A stretch of 64,000 nt of DNA from Sulfuricurvum sp. MLSB. GTDB taxonomy: Bacteria; Campylobacterota; Campylobacteria; Campylobacterales; Sulfurimonadaceae. The translations under genes and the position numbers were made by a program. The stretch spans positions 1,758 to 65,757 of the forward strand of contig NZ_JQGL01000144.1 in assembly GCF_000747095.1 (NCBI RefSeq), given 5' to 3'. Below, one piece after another: positions 1 through 8,613 of the stretch. The notes under the pieces are model-generated. The model ran no database searches and was not told where the DNA came from. It saw only the letters and a list, made by a program, of their open reading frames with translations. The stretch's first letter is position 1. Each line of letters opens with the position of its first letter.

Positions 1-1494
1 CCCTTCGAAAAAAGTGCCGATGTGCTCGATAATGGCGTGCAGTTTCGTTTCGTTGGAACGCTGCAATGCTTCGAGGGCGTCGATGGCGGGATCGATCCCT
101 TCGTTGAACAGGTTCTCGTCCACCTGATCGCGCCGAAACTTCGCGCACGTCTCGATGGCAAATATTCGGCGCAACTCAACGCCGCACTGGACGCACTCCT
201 GTGCGCTTGATCTGTCGTACGTAATCCCCAGTTTTTTCGCCTCATCGAACAACGCTTCGGCGGCACTGAGCGATGCATGAAAATAGGCCAACTCGTAGGG
301 ATGCAGTTTCCCCAGCTTCAGCCGCCGCAGTATCCGCTCGAGGTCGTACACCTCTTTGAGTTTCGTCTCCAGCGGCGCGATGTGCAACTGCATCTTTTCG
401 ATCAGGTCATAACGCTCTTCGAGCAGTTTGGGATCGCAGACGGGATTGAGCAGCCGTTCGCGCAGCAACCGTTTTCCCATCGCCGTGGAGGTTTTGTCGA
501 TGAGTTTGAGCACCGTCATCTCGTCCGCGTCGCGGGATATGATCCCGAGCTGTTCGGCCGCGTTGTTCCCCAGATACATATAACGCGCCGTCCCCAGAAA
601 CGTCGGGCGGTTCATCTTCTCGATGATCGCGCTGTCGTGATCGATGATCACGTTGATCAGCACCCCCAGCGATTCGGAAGCGTACGGGAAACGCTCCAGA
701 TCCAGATACTCGATAGGGCTGAGGAGAGAGCGGATCTGGTAGATACGCCCGAAAAGCTCGTTTTGATAGTCGATACGAAGCCGTTTGTCGTTGAGACTTG
801 CGCGATGGTGCGCATTGATCTCCAGATAGCGCATCACTTCGTCCGTATCGATCATCGCGTCGCAAAACGTCACAACGACTTCGGAGGTCTGATAGCTTTG
901 CAGGAGGGTAAACACTTCATCCAAGGCGTACGTTTTGTCCTCACGCGTACCGTGTATCTCGTTGATGAGTGTTTTGCCCGTACCAACGTCAATGGCGGCG
1001 TATCCGACCGAATAAACGCCGTGGTTTTGGTCGATCAGGAGTGAGGCGATGTAGTTTTCGCTTGCTTCGGCGATGTAGTCGAAGTTCGTCCCCGGAGAGA
1101 TGATGTTGGAGATATAGCGGCGGATGTGCGGCGGTTCGCCCTGCTGGCGCACCAGAACGATCGTGTATTTTTTCGACTGCACGAGGCGGCTGAGATAGCG
1201 CTCGATCGATACGGTCGGAACCCCCGCAAGCAGCGGGTTTTGGATGGAATTTTCAAGAATGGCTTTGTTTTTACGGGTGAGCTGGATATTGAGAAATTCG
1301 GCAACTTCTTTCGCCTTGCCGATCTTCATCGCTTCGTTGTTGACCTCGTACACCTCGAAAAACGATCCCACTTCGATAATCACGAGGGTATCGGGGCCGT
1401 ATTTGGCTTCGCACGCCGCCTGCAGGTCGAAATAGATTTCGGAGAGGAGTTTGGATTTATCCTGTAACAGCGCTCCGATCTCTTCCGTACTCAT
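1..1494 (-). CDS. mutS: MutS-family DNA mismatch repair protein, N-terminal ~498 aa (C-terminus lies beyond window start)
   Basis: Absent from the ORF track because it runs off the left edge. Hand translation of the minus frame from ATG at 1494 (GGAG 5 nt upstream) begins [51 protein letters not shown]...[28 protein letters not shown] and ends at base 1 with ...[21 protein letters not shown]. This matches the MutS domain I pattern (G-x-F-[FY]-E, AG[IV]P, YL..L). No competing ORF is reported in this frame. Confidence 0.75.
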   Translation of the reverse strand, partial: MSTEEIGALLQDKSKLLSEIYFDLQAACEAKYGPDTLVIIEVGSFFEVYEVNNEAMKIGKAKEVAEFLNIQLTRKNKAILENSIQNPLLAGVPTVSIERYLSRLVQSKKYTIVLVRQQGEPPHIRRYISNIISPGTNFDYIAEASENYIASLLIDQNHGVYSVGYAAIDVGTGKTLINEIHGTREDKTYALDEVFTLLQSYQTSEVVVTFCDAMIDTDEVMRYLEINAHHRASLNDKRLRIDYQNELFGRIYQIRSLLSPIEYLDLERFPYASESLGVLINVIIDHDSAIIEKMNRPTFLGTARYMYLGNNAAEQLGIISRDADEMTVLKLIDKTSTAMGKRLLRERLLNPVCDPKLLEERYDLIEKMQLHIAPLETKLKEVYDLERILRRLKLGKLHPYELAYFHASLSAAEALFDEAKKLGITYDRSSAQECVQCGVELRRIFAIETCAKFRRDQVDENLFNEGIDPAIDALEALQRSNETKLHAIIEHIGTFFEG

Positions 1495-1520
1495 CCAGAC
1501 TCCGCGTAAAAAAGTATTCT

Positions 1521-1526
1521 ATTATA
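1521..1526 (-). promoter_or_regulatory. -10 box candidate (TATAAT) for mutS
   Basis: The minus strand reads CCGTTATAATAGAATAC about 27 nt upstream of the mutS ATG. Confidence 0.4.
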
Positions 1527-1555
1527 ACGGAACGGGGCTAAAAGGTCTCTAATGG

Positions 1556-1592
1556 ATAAAAAAAGTATGCGGGGATTCCCGCCAAAGCGGGA
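1556..1592 (-). terminator. Rho-independent terminator candidate after the 204-aa pilin gene
   Basis: The minus-strand RNA is UCCCGCUUUGGCGGGAAUCCCCGCAUACUUUUUUUAU. It has a GCGGG/CCCGC 5-bp GC stem (plus-strand 1569-1582) followed by a U7 tract (plus-strand A-run 1558-1564). An alternative pairing with 1583-1592 is also possible. Confidence 0.55.
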
Positions 1593-1602
1593 AAAGAAGA
1601 TT

Positions 1603-2217
1603 TTAGAAGAGAATCGTCATATTGACGGTTGCAGTCCCGCCGTTTGCCGGATCGGCACTTGGCCACTGTGCAGTAGCATCTGTCAATGCGGTATCCGTCG
1701 CAGTAGTCCGTCGTGCATCACCGAGACCTGCATCAGCAGTGCCGTCAACCATCGTGTCGATAGCAACCGCTACATCTGTAGGTACGGCTATCAGCTGAAA
1801 TACATTACGATTATTGCCGTTGATACTCTGAGCACGCAAGGTCGCGGTGGTTGGGGATGTGACATATTTCCCTTCAACACTGTAAGAGCCTGAATTTCCC
1901 GTATTCGTAACCGGAACATCCAGACCGATTTGTGCCAATCGAGTTTGGACGGTTGTTGTCGTCGAAAGATCAATCGTCTCACGGAGTCCATCTGCTGTTC
2001 CGGCACTACCGTTGTTAGCGCCATCACCCAATATCTGTCCGGTTCTGTCCTGATACTGGTTCGCAGCTACCTGCCATGTTTTTACAAACGTATTGTAAAA
2101 CTTCTTTTGCTTGGCGCTGTTGATCAAATCCGTCCCTTTAAGAACGCCTCCGATGATAAGCCCGATGATGATCAATACGATCGATAATTCTACAAGTGTA
2201 AAACCTTTTCTGTTCAT
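1603..2217 (-). CDS. Type IV pilin / pseudopilin with prepilin-type N-terminal cleavage-methylation signal (likely major subunit)
   Basis: MNRKGFTLVELSIVLIIIGLIIGG shows a short basic leader, G|F cleavage site, Glu at +5 and a hydrophobic alpha-1 helix. There are no cysteines. The gene has its own TATAAT and AAAGGA RBS and a downstream terminator. Confidence 0.85.
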   Translation of the reverse strand: MNRKGFTLVELSIVLIIIGLIIGGVLKGTDLINSAKQKKFYNTFVKTWQVAANQYQDRTGQILGDGANNGSAGTADGLRETIDLSTTTTVQTRLAQIGLDVPVTNTGNSGSYSVEGKYVTSPTTATLRAQSINGNNRNVFQLIAVPTDVAVAIDTMVDGTADAGLGDARRTTATDTALTDATAQWPSADPANGGTATVNMTILF

Positions 2218-2246
2218 GAATATCCTTTCATTACTGTATATTTTTT

Positions 2247-2252
2247 ATTATA
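2247..2252 (-). promoter_or_regulatory. -10 box candidate (TATAAT) for the 204-aa pilin gene
   Basis: The minus strand reads CTCGATATAATAAAAAATATACAGTAATGAAAGGATATTCATG in the 75-nt gap after the platform gene. Confidence 0.45.
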
Positions 2253-2292
2253 TCGAGTATTTTCTTTTTTTTTCAAGCAACCGGGGTGAAAA

Positions 2293-3507
2293 TCATTGAT
2301 TTCCCATGGCCCCGATCAGATCGTACATCGGCCCCATCAGGCCGATCATCACCAGCGCCATAAATCCGCCCACCAGTATGAGAACGACCGGTTCGATCAC
2401 CTTGCCGATATTTTCGGCGTAATAGTCGACTTTTTCCTGATAATGATCGGCAACGAGTTCGAGCTGGGAATCAAGATTGCCCGACACTTCCCCCACTCCC
2501 ATCATCCGGATCATGAAAGGGCTGAAAAGAGAGGTATTTTTAAACGCAACGGAAAGCTGCAATCCGCGCGAAACATCATCATGAGCCCGCTGAAGCGCTT
2601 CTTGAAAGACTTCGTTTTTAACGTTGTTTTTGAGAATTTCCAATGCGTTAAACAGCGGAACCCCCGAAACCAGAGACAAACGGAGATATTCGGCGACAAA
2701 AGCCATATTGAATCCCGAAATGATTTGCTTGATCACCGGGATTTTCAGAATATAGCGATCGGTATGAAACCTGACTTTTTGATATTTTGCGTGTATGACT
2801 TTAAAAAGGATGACCAGAACGATCAATGCGCCAAAAAGATACCCAAGATAGTTGGAAAGAAAATCCGATGAGGCGATCAAAGCAAGTGTCAACGGAGGAA
2901 GAACGACGTTCATCTGCTTGAACAGATCGGTCATTTGCGGCAGAACATAAAGCATCCACACGAGCATCGCCGCGGAAACGGTGGCAAATGCGAATGAGGG
3001 GTAGATAAGGGCCTGTTTTGCTTTTTTCTTCAAGCTCAGCGTCCGCTTTAAAAATTTCCCTCCGCGCGCGAGAGTCGCTTCGAGCTGTCCGGTCTCTTCA
3101 CCGATTTGAATCAGATTGACGATCATCGTTCCCAGCGTTTTTTCATACGGCCTGAAGGCGGATGAGAGCGATTTCCCGCTTTGTATCTCTTCGCCGACCG
3201 CAATCATCATTTTTTTAAAATTCGGGTTACTGGCATCTTCGGCCAAATCCATCAATCCGTTATACAAAGGAAGGCCGGATTTAACCACAAGATGGAGGCT
3301 CTCGATCAGTTCAATCACCTCTTCGGCGGTAATTTTAACCTTTGCTTCGGGGATAAAACGGGCTAAAAAAGAGGGAACCTTGCGAATACGCAGCGGAACG
3401 ATCTGTTGGGTAGCAAGATGTTTCAACAGCAGGCTTGTGTTATCGGCCTTAAAAAGACCGTAAGAACGTCGATGATCGCTATTGAGACTTTCCACCAAAA
3501 AAAGCAT
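2293..3507 (-). CDS. Type II secretion / type IV pilus inner-membrane platform protein (GspF/PilC/MshG family)
   Basis: 404 aa with a duplicated GspF-type cytoplasmic domain (IQIGEETGQLEATL and MGVGEVSGNLDSQL) and three hydrophobic segments. The start overlaps the ATPase stop by 1 nt. Confidence 0.9.
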   Translation of the reverse strand: MLFLVESLNSDHRRSYGLFKADNTSLLLKHLATQQIVPLRIRKVPSFLARFIPEAKVKITAEEVIELIESLHLVVKSGLPLYNGLMDLAEDASNPNFKKMMIAVGEEIQSGKSLSSAFRPYEKTLGTMIVNLIQIGEETGQLEATLARGGKFLKRTLSLKKKAKQALIYPSFAFATVSAAMLVWMLYVLPQMTDLFKQMNVVLPPLTLALIASSDFLSNYLGYLFGALIVLVILFKVIHAKYQKVRFHTDRYILKIPVIKQIISGFNMAFVAEYLRLSLVSGVPLFNALEILKNNVKNEVFQEALQRAHDDVSRGLQLSVAFKNTSLFSPFMIRMMGVGEVSGNLDSQLELVADHYQEKVDYYAENIGKVIEPVVLILVGGFMALVMIGLMGPMYDLIGAMGNQ

Positions 3508-5162
3508 TACAATACGACCCGATCCACTTCTTTAAAAGTCGAAATCCCTTGAAGGACTTTGATATGACCGTCATCGCGCATGGTGGCCATGCCATAATTA
3601 CGGGCCGCTTTCAAAAGGCTTTGGGTAGTCGCACCATCAACGATCATCGATTCGATTTCATCGTTAATCTCCAGAATCTCGATAATTGCCTGACGACCGG
3701 AATAACCCGTGTGGTGACATCGTTCACATCCGACAGCTTCATATACGTGCTGGGCAGGATACGCATGAATCAGCGCGGTAGCAACACCTTTGGCTGCTAA
3801 ATCTTCTTCGCTGACTTCGATAGGCGTTTTACAATACGGGCAAAGTTTTCGTATCAAACGCTGAGCGATAATCGCCAGAAGTCCGGAGCCGATCAGATAA
3901 TTCGGGACGCCCAAATCGGATAATCTGGGAATGGCCCCCACGGCGTCGTTGGTATGCAAGGTTGAGAGGACAAGGTGCCCGGTGATGGAAGCGCGGATGG
4001 CAAGCGCCGCCGTTTCCGTATCCCGGATTTCCCCGACCAGCATGACGTCGGGGTCTTGTCGCATAAAAGAGCGCAGCGCCGTATCGAACAGGTACCCCGC
4101 TTTGCGGTTAACCTGCGTCTGTTTGACGAAACTGAATCGATATTCGATCGGGTCTTCAACGGTCAGGACATTTTTTTGCAGCGGATTGATTTTGCGAAGG
4201 GCCGAATAAAGGGTCGTCGTCTTACCGCTTCCGGTAGGTCCCACGACCAAAATAACGCCGTAAGGTTTCGAAAAATGGTGCCCGATTTTCTCGACGTTTT
4301 GTGCCGTAAATCCCAACTGAGAGAGTGAAAACAACGAGCTGTTGCGCCCCAACAAACGCATGACAATGTTTTCCCCGAAATTGGTAGGCATCGTCGAAAC
4401 GCGCAAATCAAATTTTTCACTTAGAAAATCGTACGAAAACGCACCGTCTTGCGGACGGCGCTGTTCCGAGATATCGAGTTCAGCCATGATTTTGACCCGT
4501 GCGGCAATTTGGTGATGTACCTCGATCGGTATGGAAAAATAATGACGCATTACCCCGTCAATCCGATAAAAGACGTGCGTCGCCGCCCCTTCCGGCGTAA
4601 TATGGATGTCGGTAGTCCGCTCTTTGACGGCATTGTTAAGCAGCAAATCGACAAGCCGCACAATATCGATCGTCAGTTTGTCCGCGGCTTTTTTGGCGAG
4701 GGATTGGATTTCGGCTTCGATCGGATGGGAAAGCTCTTGATAATACAATTGGGCGAAACGGGAAATCTTGTTTTTGTCGGCAATGACATAACGTATCTGC
4801 TTGCGTGTCTCTTTGCGCAGATAATCGAGAGTCATCAAGTCGTTGACATCCTGCGTTGCGACGACAAGCGTCTCTCCTTCCAGATAAAGAGGCAGTATAA
4901 AACGCGTCTGGGCAATGTTTTGAGGGACCATAGCAATCGCTTCGAGGGTCGGAGAAATCGTATCCAGATCGATAAATTCGAGTTTGCTTTGGATAGCGAT
5001 CGCTTCGCCGATTTCATTTTGGGTGACGAAATCGAGGTCGACGAGGATTTCTCCCAAAAATTTAGGATTGACTTTTTGGACGTCAAGGGCGACGTTGATC
5101 TGCTCGTCGGTGATAAAGCCGAGTTCTTGGAGGAGAATTCCGATGGGTTTATTAGGCTGCAT
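3507..5162 (-). CDS. GspE/PilB/MshE-family type IV filament assembly ATPase with MshEN-type N-terminal domain
   Basis: Walker A GPTGSGKTTTLYS, Walker B VMLVGEIRD, His box GHLVLSTLHTND, and a tetracysteine CPYC...CERC. The N-terminus carries two 24-residue repeats separated by 5 residues. Confidence 0.92.
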   Translation of the reverse strand: MQPNKPIGILLQELGFITDEQINVALDVQKVNPKFLGEILVDLDFVTQNEIGEAIAIQSKLEFIDLDTISPTLEAIAMVPQNIAQTRFILPLYLEGETLVVATQDVNDLMTLDYLRKETRKQIRYVIADKNKISRFAQLYYQELSHPIEAEIQSLAKKAADKLTIDIVRLVDLLLNNAVKERTTDIHITPEGAATHVFYRIDGVMRHYFSIPIEVHHQIAARVKIMAELDISEQRRPQDGAFSYDFLSEKFDLRVSTMPTNFGENIVMRLLGRNSSLFSLSQLGFTAQNVEKIGHHFSKPYGVILVVGPTGSGKTTTLYSALRKINPLQKNVLTVEDPIEYRFSFVKQTQVNRKAGYLFDTALRSFMRQDPDVMLVGEIRDTETAALAIRASITGHLVLSTLHTNDAVGAIPRLSDLGVPNYLIGSGLLAIIAQRLIRKLCPYCKTPIEVSEEDLAAKGVATALIHAYPAQHVYEAVGCERCHHTGYSGRQAIIEILEINDEIESMIVDGATTQSLLKAARNYGMATMRDDGHIKVLQGISTFKEVDRVVL

Positions 5163-5171
5163 TATTTTATC

Positions 5172-6134
5172 CTATTTCTTTGGACATGATCGTTCGCATC
5201 TTTTTATTTGGCTGCGACTTCCGCCCGCCGCGGCACAGGCATCGAGACATTCTTGCCGCGTAACCGTTCCCGAACCGCCGCCCCCGCCGCTGCCGCTGCC
5301 GACCGGCGCACTGATGACAAGCAAAAGGGATTTTGTGTCGGTCGCGGTACCGTTCGTAGCGGTAAACGTTAGCAGATAATTATTGGCTGACGTAGGCGTA
5401 CCTGAAACGGCGTTGGTCGCAGCGTTATAAGAGAGTCCGCTTCCTGCCAGACCGCTGACGGTATAGGCACACGGAGCTACGGGCGGAGTTGTACACGCGG
5501 GGGTTCCTCCGGTTGTCACAACGGTGGGATTCAGGGCGTAGGACGTTCCTACGGTTCCTACCGGCAGCGTCGTGTTGATAATCTGGAATCTGTTGGTCTG
5601 ACAATCCGTCAGTGATTGCAATTCTCCCAGCGTCACGGAAAGATACAAGTCATCATACGGCTCCGGACGATTTAAAACCGTCGTTTCATCATCGATGTTT
5701 TGGGTATTCCATTGATGAAACGTGATCACATCTCCGGTTCGTCCCGTCTGAACGTTAAAATTTTCGCCGGCTACGGCAAGCACAAAGCCGATATTGGCGG
5801 TGGTGACCCCGTTGGCATCGACTGTCGACAACGGCGTTGTTGGCGTATCGCACAGAGCCGTTTGCAACTGCGCGTCGGAGTTGTAAAACATGGGGATATT
5901 TCCTGGCCCCATGAGATTCATATTCGTGAATTCGGCATCTGTCGGAAGACGGCTGTTGTTGATGGCAAAAGCGATAATGGCCTCTTTTGCCGACTGCAGC
6001 GTATCTTTGGCTTGGGTGGCGCGGGCTTTTTCATTCATCATTTTGAGCACCTGAAACGCTCCTCCCGTGAGCAACCCGATAATAATCAGCACGATTGAGA
6101 GTTCTATGAGAGTAAAACCTTTTTTCATTGTCAT
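5172..6134 (-). CDS. Large (320 aa) multidomain pilin: prepilin N-terminus, globular domain, Ig-like domain, Gly linker, Cys4 tail
   Basis: MTMKKGFTLIELSIVLIIIGLLTGG is a prepilin signal. Residues ~185-275 (LPVGTVGTSYA...SGLAGSGLSYNAATNAVSGTPTSANNYLLTFTATNG) look like a putative-Ig (He_PIG-like) repeat. This is followed by GSGSGGGGGSG and ECLDACAAAGGSRSQIKRCERSC. Confidence 0.85.
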   Translation of the reverse strand: MTMKKGFTLIELSIVLIIIGLLTGGAFQVLKMMNEKARATQAKDTLQSAKEAIIAFAINNSRLPTDAEFTNMNLMGPGNIPMFYNSDAQLQTALCDTPTTPLSTVDANGVTTANIGFVLAVAGENFNVQTGRTGDVITFHQWNTQNIDDETTVLNRPEPYDDLYLSVTLGELQSLTDCQTNRFQIINTTLPVGTVGTSYALNPTVVTTGGTPACTTPPVAPCAYTVSGLAGSGLSYNAATNAVSGTPTSANNYLLTFTATNGTATDTKSLLLVISAPVGSGSGGGGGSGTVTRQECLDACAAAGGSRSQIKRCERSCPKK

Positions 6135-7126
6135 CTCCTTAGGGTTTGGATGCGCGTTTGCGCGATGAGCCGCAGTGATTCGAATTCGCTTCCCAGCTCG
6201 GCAAGCTGCGTGTAGAGATAGAGCGCCTGGTCTCTCTCCCCCCGTATATCGGCACTGCGGGCATAGGCATAAAGAATATGGGGATTGGACGGAGCCGCAT
6301 TGTAGGCCATTTTATAAAACGTATGCGCCCGTTCGAGGTTTTTCTCCTGTTCGAAGAAATAGCCGCAAACCATTGCCAGACGGCCGCTTTTATCATACAT
6401 CAGATGCGGAGACAAAGAGGTGTAAAGGTCGCTGCGCCCTGCTTCCAGTGCCCCTATGCCGTACGCGTATAGGTAATCGTCGACCCCCCGTTTCCCCTCG
6501 ATCTTTTTTTCCAGCAAGGCAAAAGAGCCTTCGCGCCCGTACAGATACGCGAGGTTGAGAAGTATCTGGCGATCTTTCAGCCCCGCGGCATCCATCATTT
6601 CGTAATACACCGTTGCTTGGGTGAAATCCCGCTGTTCGTAGGCCCTTTGGGCATCCAGGATCAGACGGGTCTGATCGTGTCGGCTCAACGTCGGTACGGC
6701 TTCGCTGATGTTCGCACGTACGGGTACGCTCGGCTCTTCTTTTTTCAAAGGCATCGAGGGTGAGGGCGCGGCAGCGGCAGCAAGTTGAATCGGTTCGGCG
6801 GTCGTCGAAGGGACGATAAAGGCGTCTTTAAATCCCGCTTTTTTAAAATCACGGCTGATCCACGGGAGAATGCGTGGAAATTTGTCATTTTGGTAGCGGA
6901 CGACATAACGCTCTTCATTTTGGTAAATGCCGACATGATGACGATAATAGGCGGGTACTTTTTGAAGCACGGCAAGAGCGGCCTCCATCGTTTGGGTCAC
7001 ACTGAGCTGAAGCGATTGGTAAGAGCTGGGAGACGACTGCGTGCTTGCATCCTTGGAACCGAACGCGAGAGTATCGGCTCCCAGCGAAGTGATGAGGGCG
7101 AAGCTCAGCAGGATGAAACGTTTCAT
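6131..7126 (-). CDS. Secreted TPR-repeat protein with SPOR-like N-terminal module (MshN/PilF-position protein)
   Basis: Signal peptide MKRFILLSFALITSLGA. Residues ~35-105 (LQLSV...RYVVRYQ...DFKKAGFKDAFIV) are SPOR-like by pattern. An Ala/Pro linker follows, then Y/A/L-rich repeats typical of TPR. There are 4-nt overlaps at both ends. Confidence 0.7.
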   Translation of the reverse strand: MKRFILLSFALITSLGADTLAFGSKDASTQSSPSSYQSLQLSVTQTMEAALAVLQKVPAYYRHHVGIYQNEERYVVRYQNDKFPRILPWISRDFKKAGFKDAFIVPSTTAEPIQLAAAAAPSPSMPLKKEEPSVPVRANISEAVPTLSRHDQTRLILDAQRAYEQRDFTQATVYYEMMDAAGLKDRQILLNLAYLYGREGSFALLEKKIEGKRGVDDYLYAYGIGALEAGRSDLYTSLSPHLMYDKSGRLAMVCGYFFEQEKNLERAHTFYKMAYNAAPSNPHILYAYARSADIRGERDQALYLYTQLAELGSEFESLRLIAQTRIQTLRR

Positions 7127-8613
7127 TGCTCTACCATAGTGAGCTTAAGTAAAATAACGAGTTCGCGCTTTTCGTCTTTTTGATACGTACGCGAAAAAAG
7201 AGCTCCGAGATAGGGAACTTCTCCCAAAAGGGGGATGCTCTCGCGTTGATCTTTTTTGATCGTATTCATCAGACCTCCGATAAGAACCAAATCGTTATTG
7301 CGGGCATAGATAATCGTCCCGGCTTCTTTGATGCTGAGGATAGGTGCATTCGCCACTTCTTCAGGGACGGTATCGATCGTTCGGGTAATCGTTTTTTCGC
7401 CCTCTATCGTAGAGGTAACCGGAACGATGTTGAGGATGATCTGCCCTTCTTCGGTAATATTGGCGGTAACACCGAGCGACAGCCCGTCCAGAACGTCACG
7501 ACGTGTGTATTCGTAAATAGCGGGGGTGATGGTGGTGCCGGTGGTGGTCGAAGGGGTCACTTCCAAATCCCAGAACGGAACAAGTTTTCCCGAGGTAAAC
7601 AGGGCGGATTGGCCGCTGGAGACTTTGATACGGGGGTTCGAAAGCGTTTCCACATCTCCGGCGGTATCGAGTGCGTGCATGACGGCATTGAGATGTTTGT
7701 CGCTGTACGAAAAGGTACCCGCTACCGCTTTAGACAGCCCCAATGTCTGAGAAAGGGTAAAATCGCCGATGGCTCCGGGAAGCGTATTCCAGTCAACCCC
7801 CAGTTCATGTTCGTCATTCAAGACCACTTCAAGAATTTTAGCTTCAATGAGCACCTGCCGGGAAGCGCTTTTTTTGATTCTTTTAAGCATGCTGTCGATG
7901 TTGTCCAGCGATTTTTTGGTATCGGTAACGATGAGGGTTCCGGTAAATTTATTGAGGGTGTATTTACCGTTTGGAGAGAGGGTTTCTTTGACATTGGCTT
8001 CGATCTGCTTGTAAAAATCGTTGGCTTCGATCGGATTTTTATAGTTTAGGGCAAATTTTCCGCTCACCCCCGATGCTTTGGCATTTTGACCCAGTATATC
8101 TCCCCCGAGTGTCGAATCAAACGAACTTTGGGTATGGATATAAGGGATGGAAAACGTTCGCTGAGTGTATTGTTGGACATAAAGCATATTGTTTTTCAGG
8201 GTATACGAACATCCCGACAGCTCCATCACGGTATCCAGCGCGTCTTCAATCGGCGCCTTGTCCAAGGTCAGGGTGATGGTCGTGTTGGCATCGACGTCAC
8301 TGTTAATGATCAGATTGAGACCAGCATTTTGTGCAATGATATAAAGGACTTGTCGAAGATTGGCATTTTCCGCCCCCATCGAGATAGTTTTTCCGCTGAA
8401 GGGGGAAATGCTATGGTATACGCTGGGCAGTACCATCGGCGGCGGCGGGATATTTTTAGCCTGTTCGTTAAAAAATTTAATCTCGGACGAAGCCGAAGCC
8501 TTCTGAGCCGTTTCCGAAAGTTTGTCCGGATGCGTCGGCGGTGACTTTGTATAGCATCCTGCCAGAAAAACACTCAAAAGCAATCCGATGCTTAGTGAAA
8601 TAATTTTATCCAT
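7123..8613 (-). CDS. Secretin (MshL/PilQ/GspD family), predicted lipoprotein
   Basis: Lipobox LSVFLAGC. Secretin core motifs present: RQVLIEAKILEVVLNDEHELGVDWN, TLSNPRIKVSSGQSA, and NDLVLIGGLM...IPLLGEVPYLGALFS. Confidence 0.92.
   Translation of the reverse strand: MDKIISLSIGLLLSVFLAGCYTKSPPTHPDKLSETAQKASASSEIKFFNEQAKNIPPPPMVLPSVYHSISPFSGKTISMGAENANLRQVLYIIAQNAGLNLIINSDVDANTTITLTLDKAPIEDALDTVMELSGCSYTLKNNMLYVQQYTQRTFSIPYIHTQSSFDSTLGGDILGQNAKASGVSGKFALNYKNPIEANDFYKQIEANVKETLSPNGKYTLNKFTGTLIVTDTKKSLDNIDSMLKRIKKSASRQVLIEAKILEVVLNDEHELGVDWNTLPGAIGDFTLSQTLGLSKAVAGTFSYSDKHLNAVMHALDTAGDVETLSNPRIKVSSGQSALFTSGKLVPFWDLEVTPSTTTGTTITPAIYEYTRRDVLDGLSLGVTANITEEGQIILNIVPVTSTIEGEKTITRTIDTVPEEVANAPILSIKEAGTIIYARNNDLVLIGGLMNTIKKDQRESIPLLGEVPYLGALFSRTYQKDEKRELVILLKLTMVEQ

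Noticed and set aside
277-1044. Long plus-strand ORF (255 aa) and similar same-register antisense ORFs, for example 4449-5189, 7180-8049, 9624-10241, 11113-11745, 19489-20262, 27849-28430, 29876-30880 and 59018-59902.
   Set aside because: Each lies exactly in codon register opposite a gene with clear family motifs. They have Arg/Phe/Asp/Ile-rich shadow-frame composition, usually a TTG/GTG start, and no SD. They are explained by the rarity of TTA/CTA/TCA codons in the real genes.
2253-2292. Possible sigma-54 promoter upstream of the pilin gene, since many pilin genes are RpoN-dependent.
   Set aside because: The only TTGC-containing stretch (TTTCACcccggTTGCT) lacks the -24 GG dinucleotide at the required spacing, and a TATAAT box is present instead.
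5200-5300. GC-rich run with repeated gccgcc/ccgctg units, which might be a tandem repeat or CRISPR-like feature.
   Set aside because: On the minus strand it encodes the GSGSGGGGGSG linker and Ala/Gly-rich tail of the 320-aa pilin. It has no spacer-repeat periodicity.
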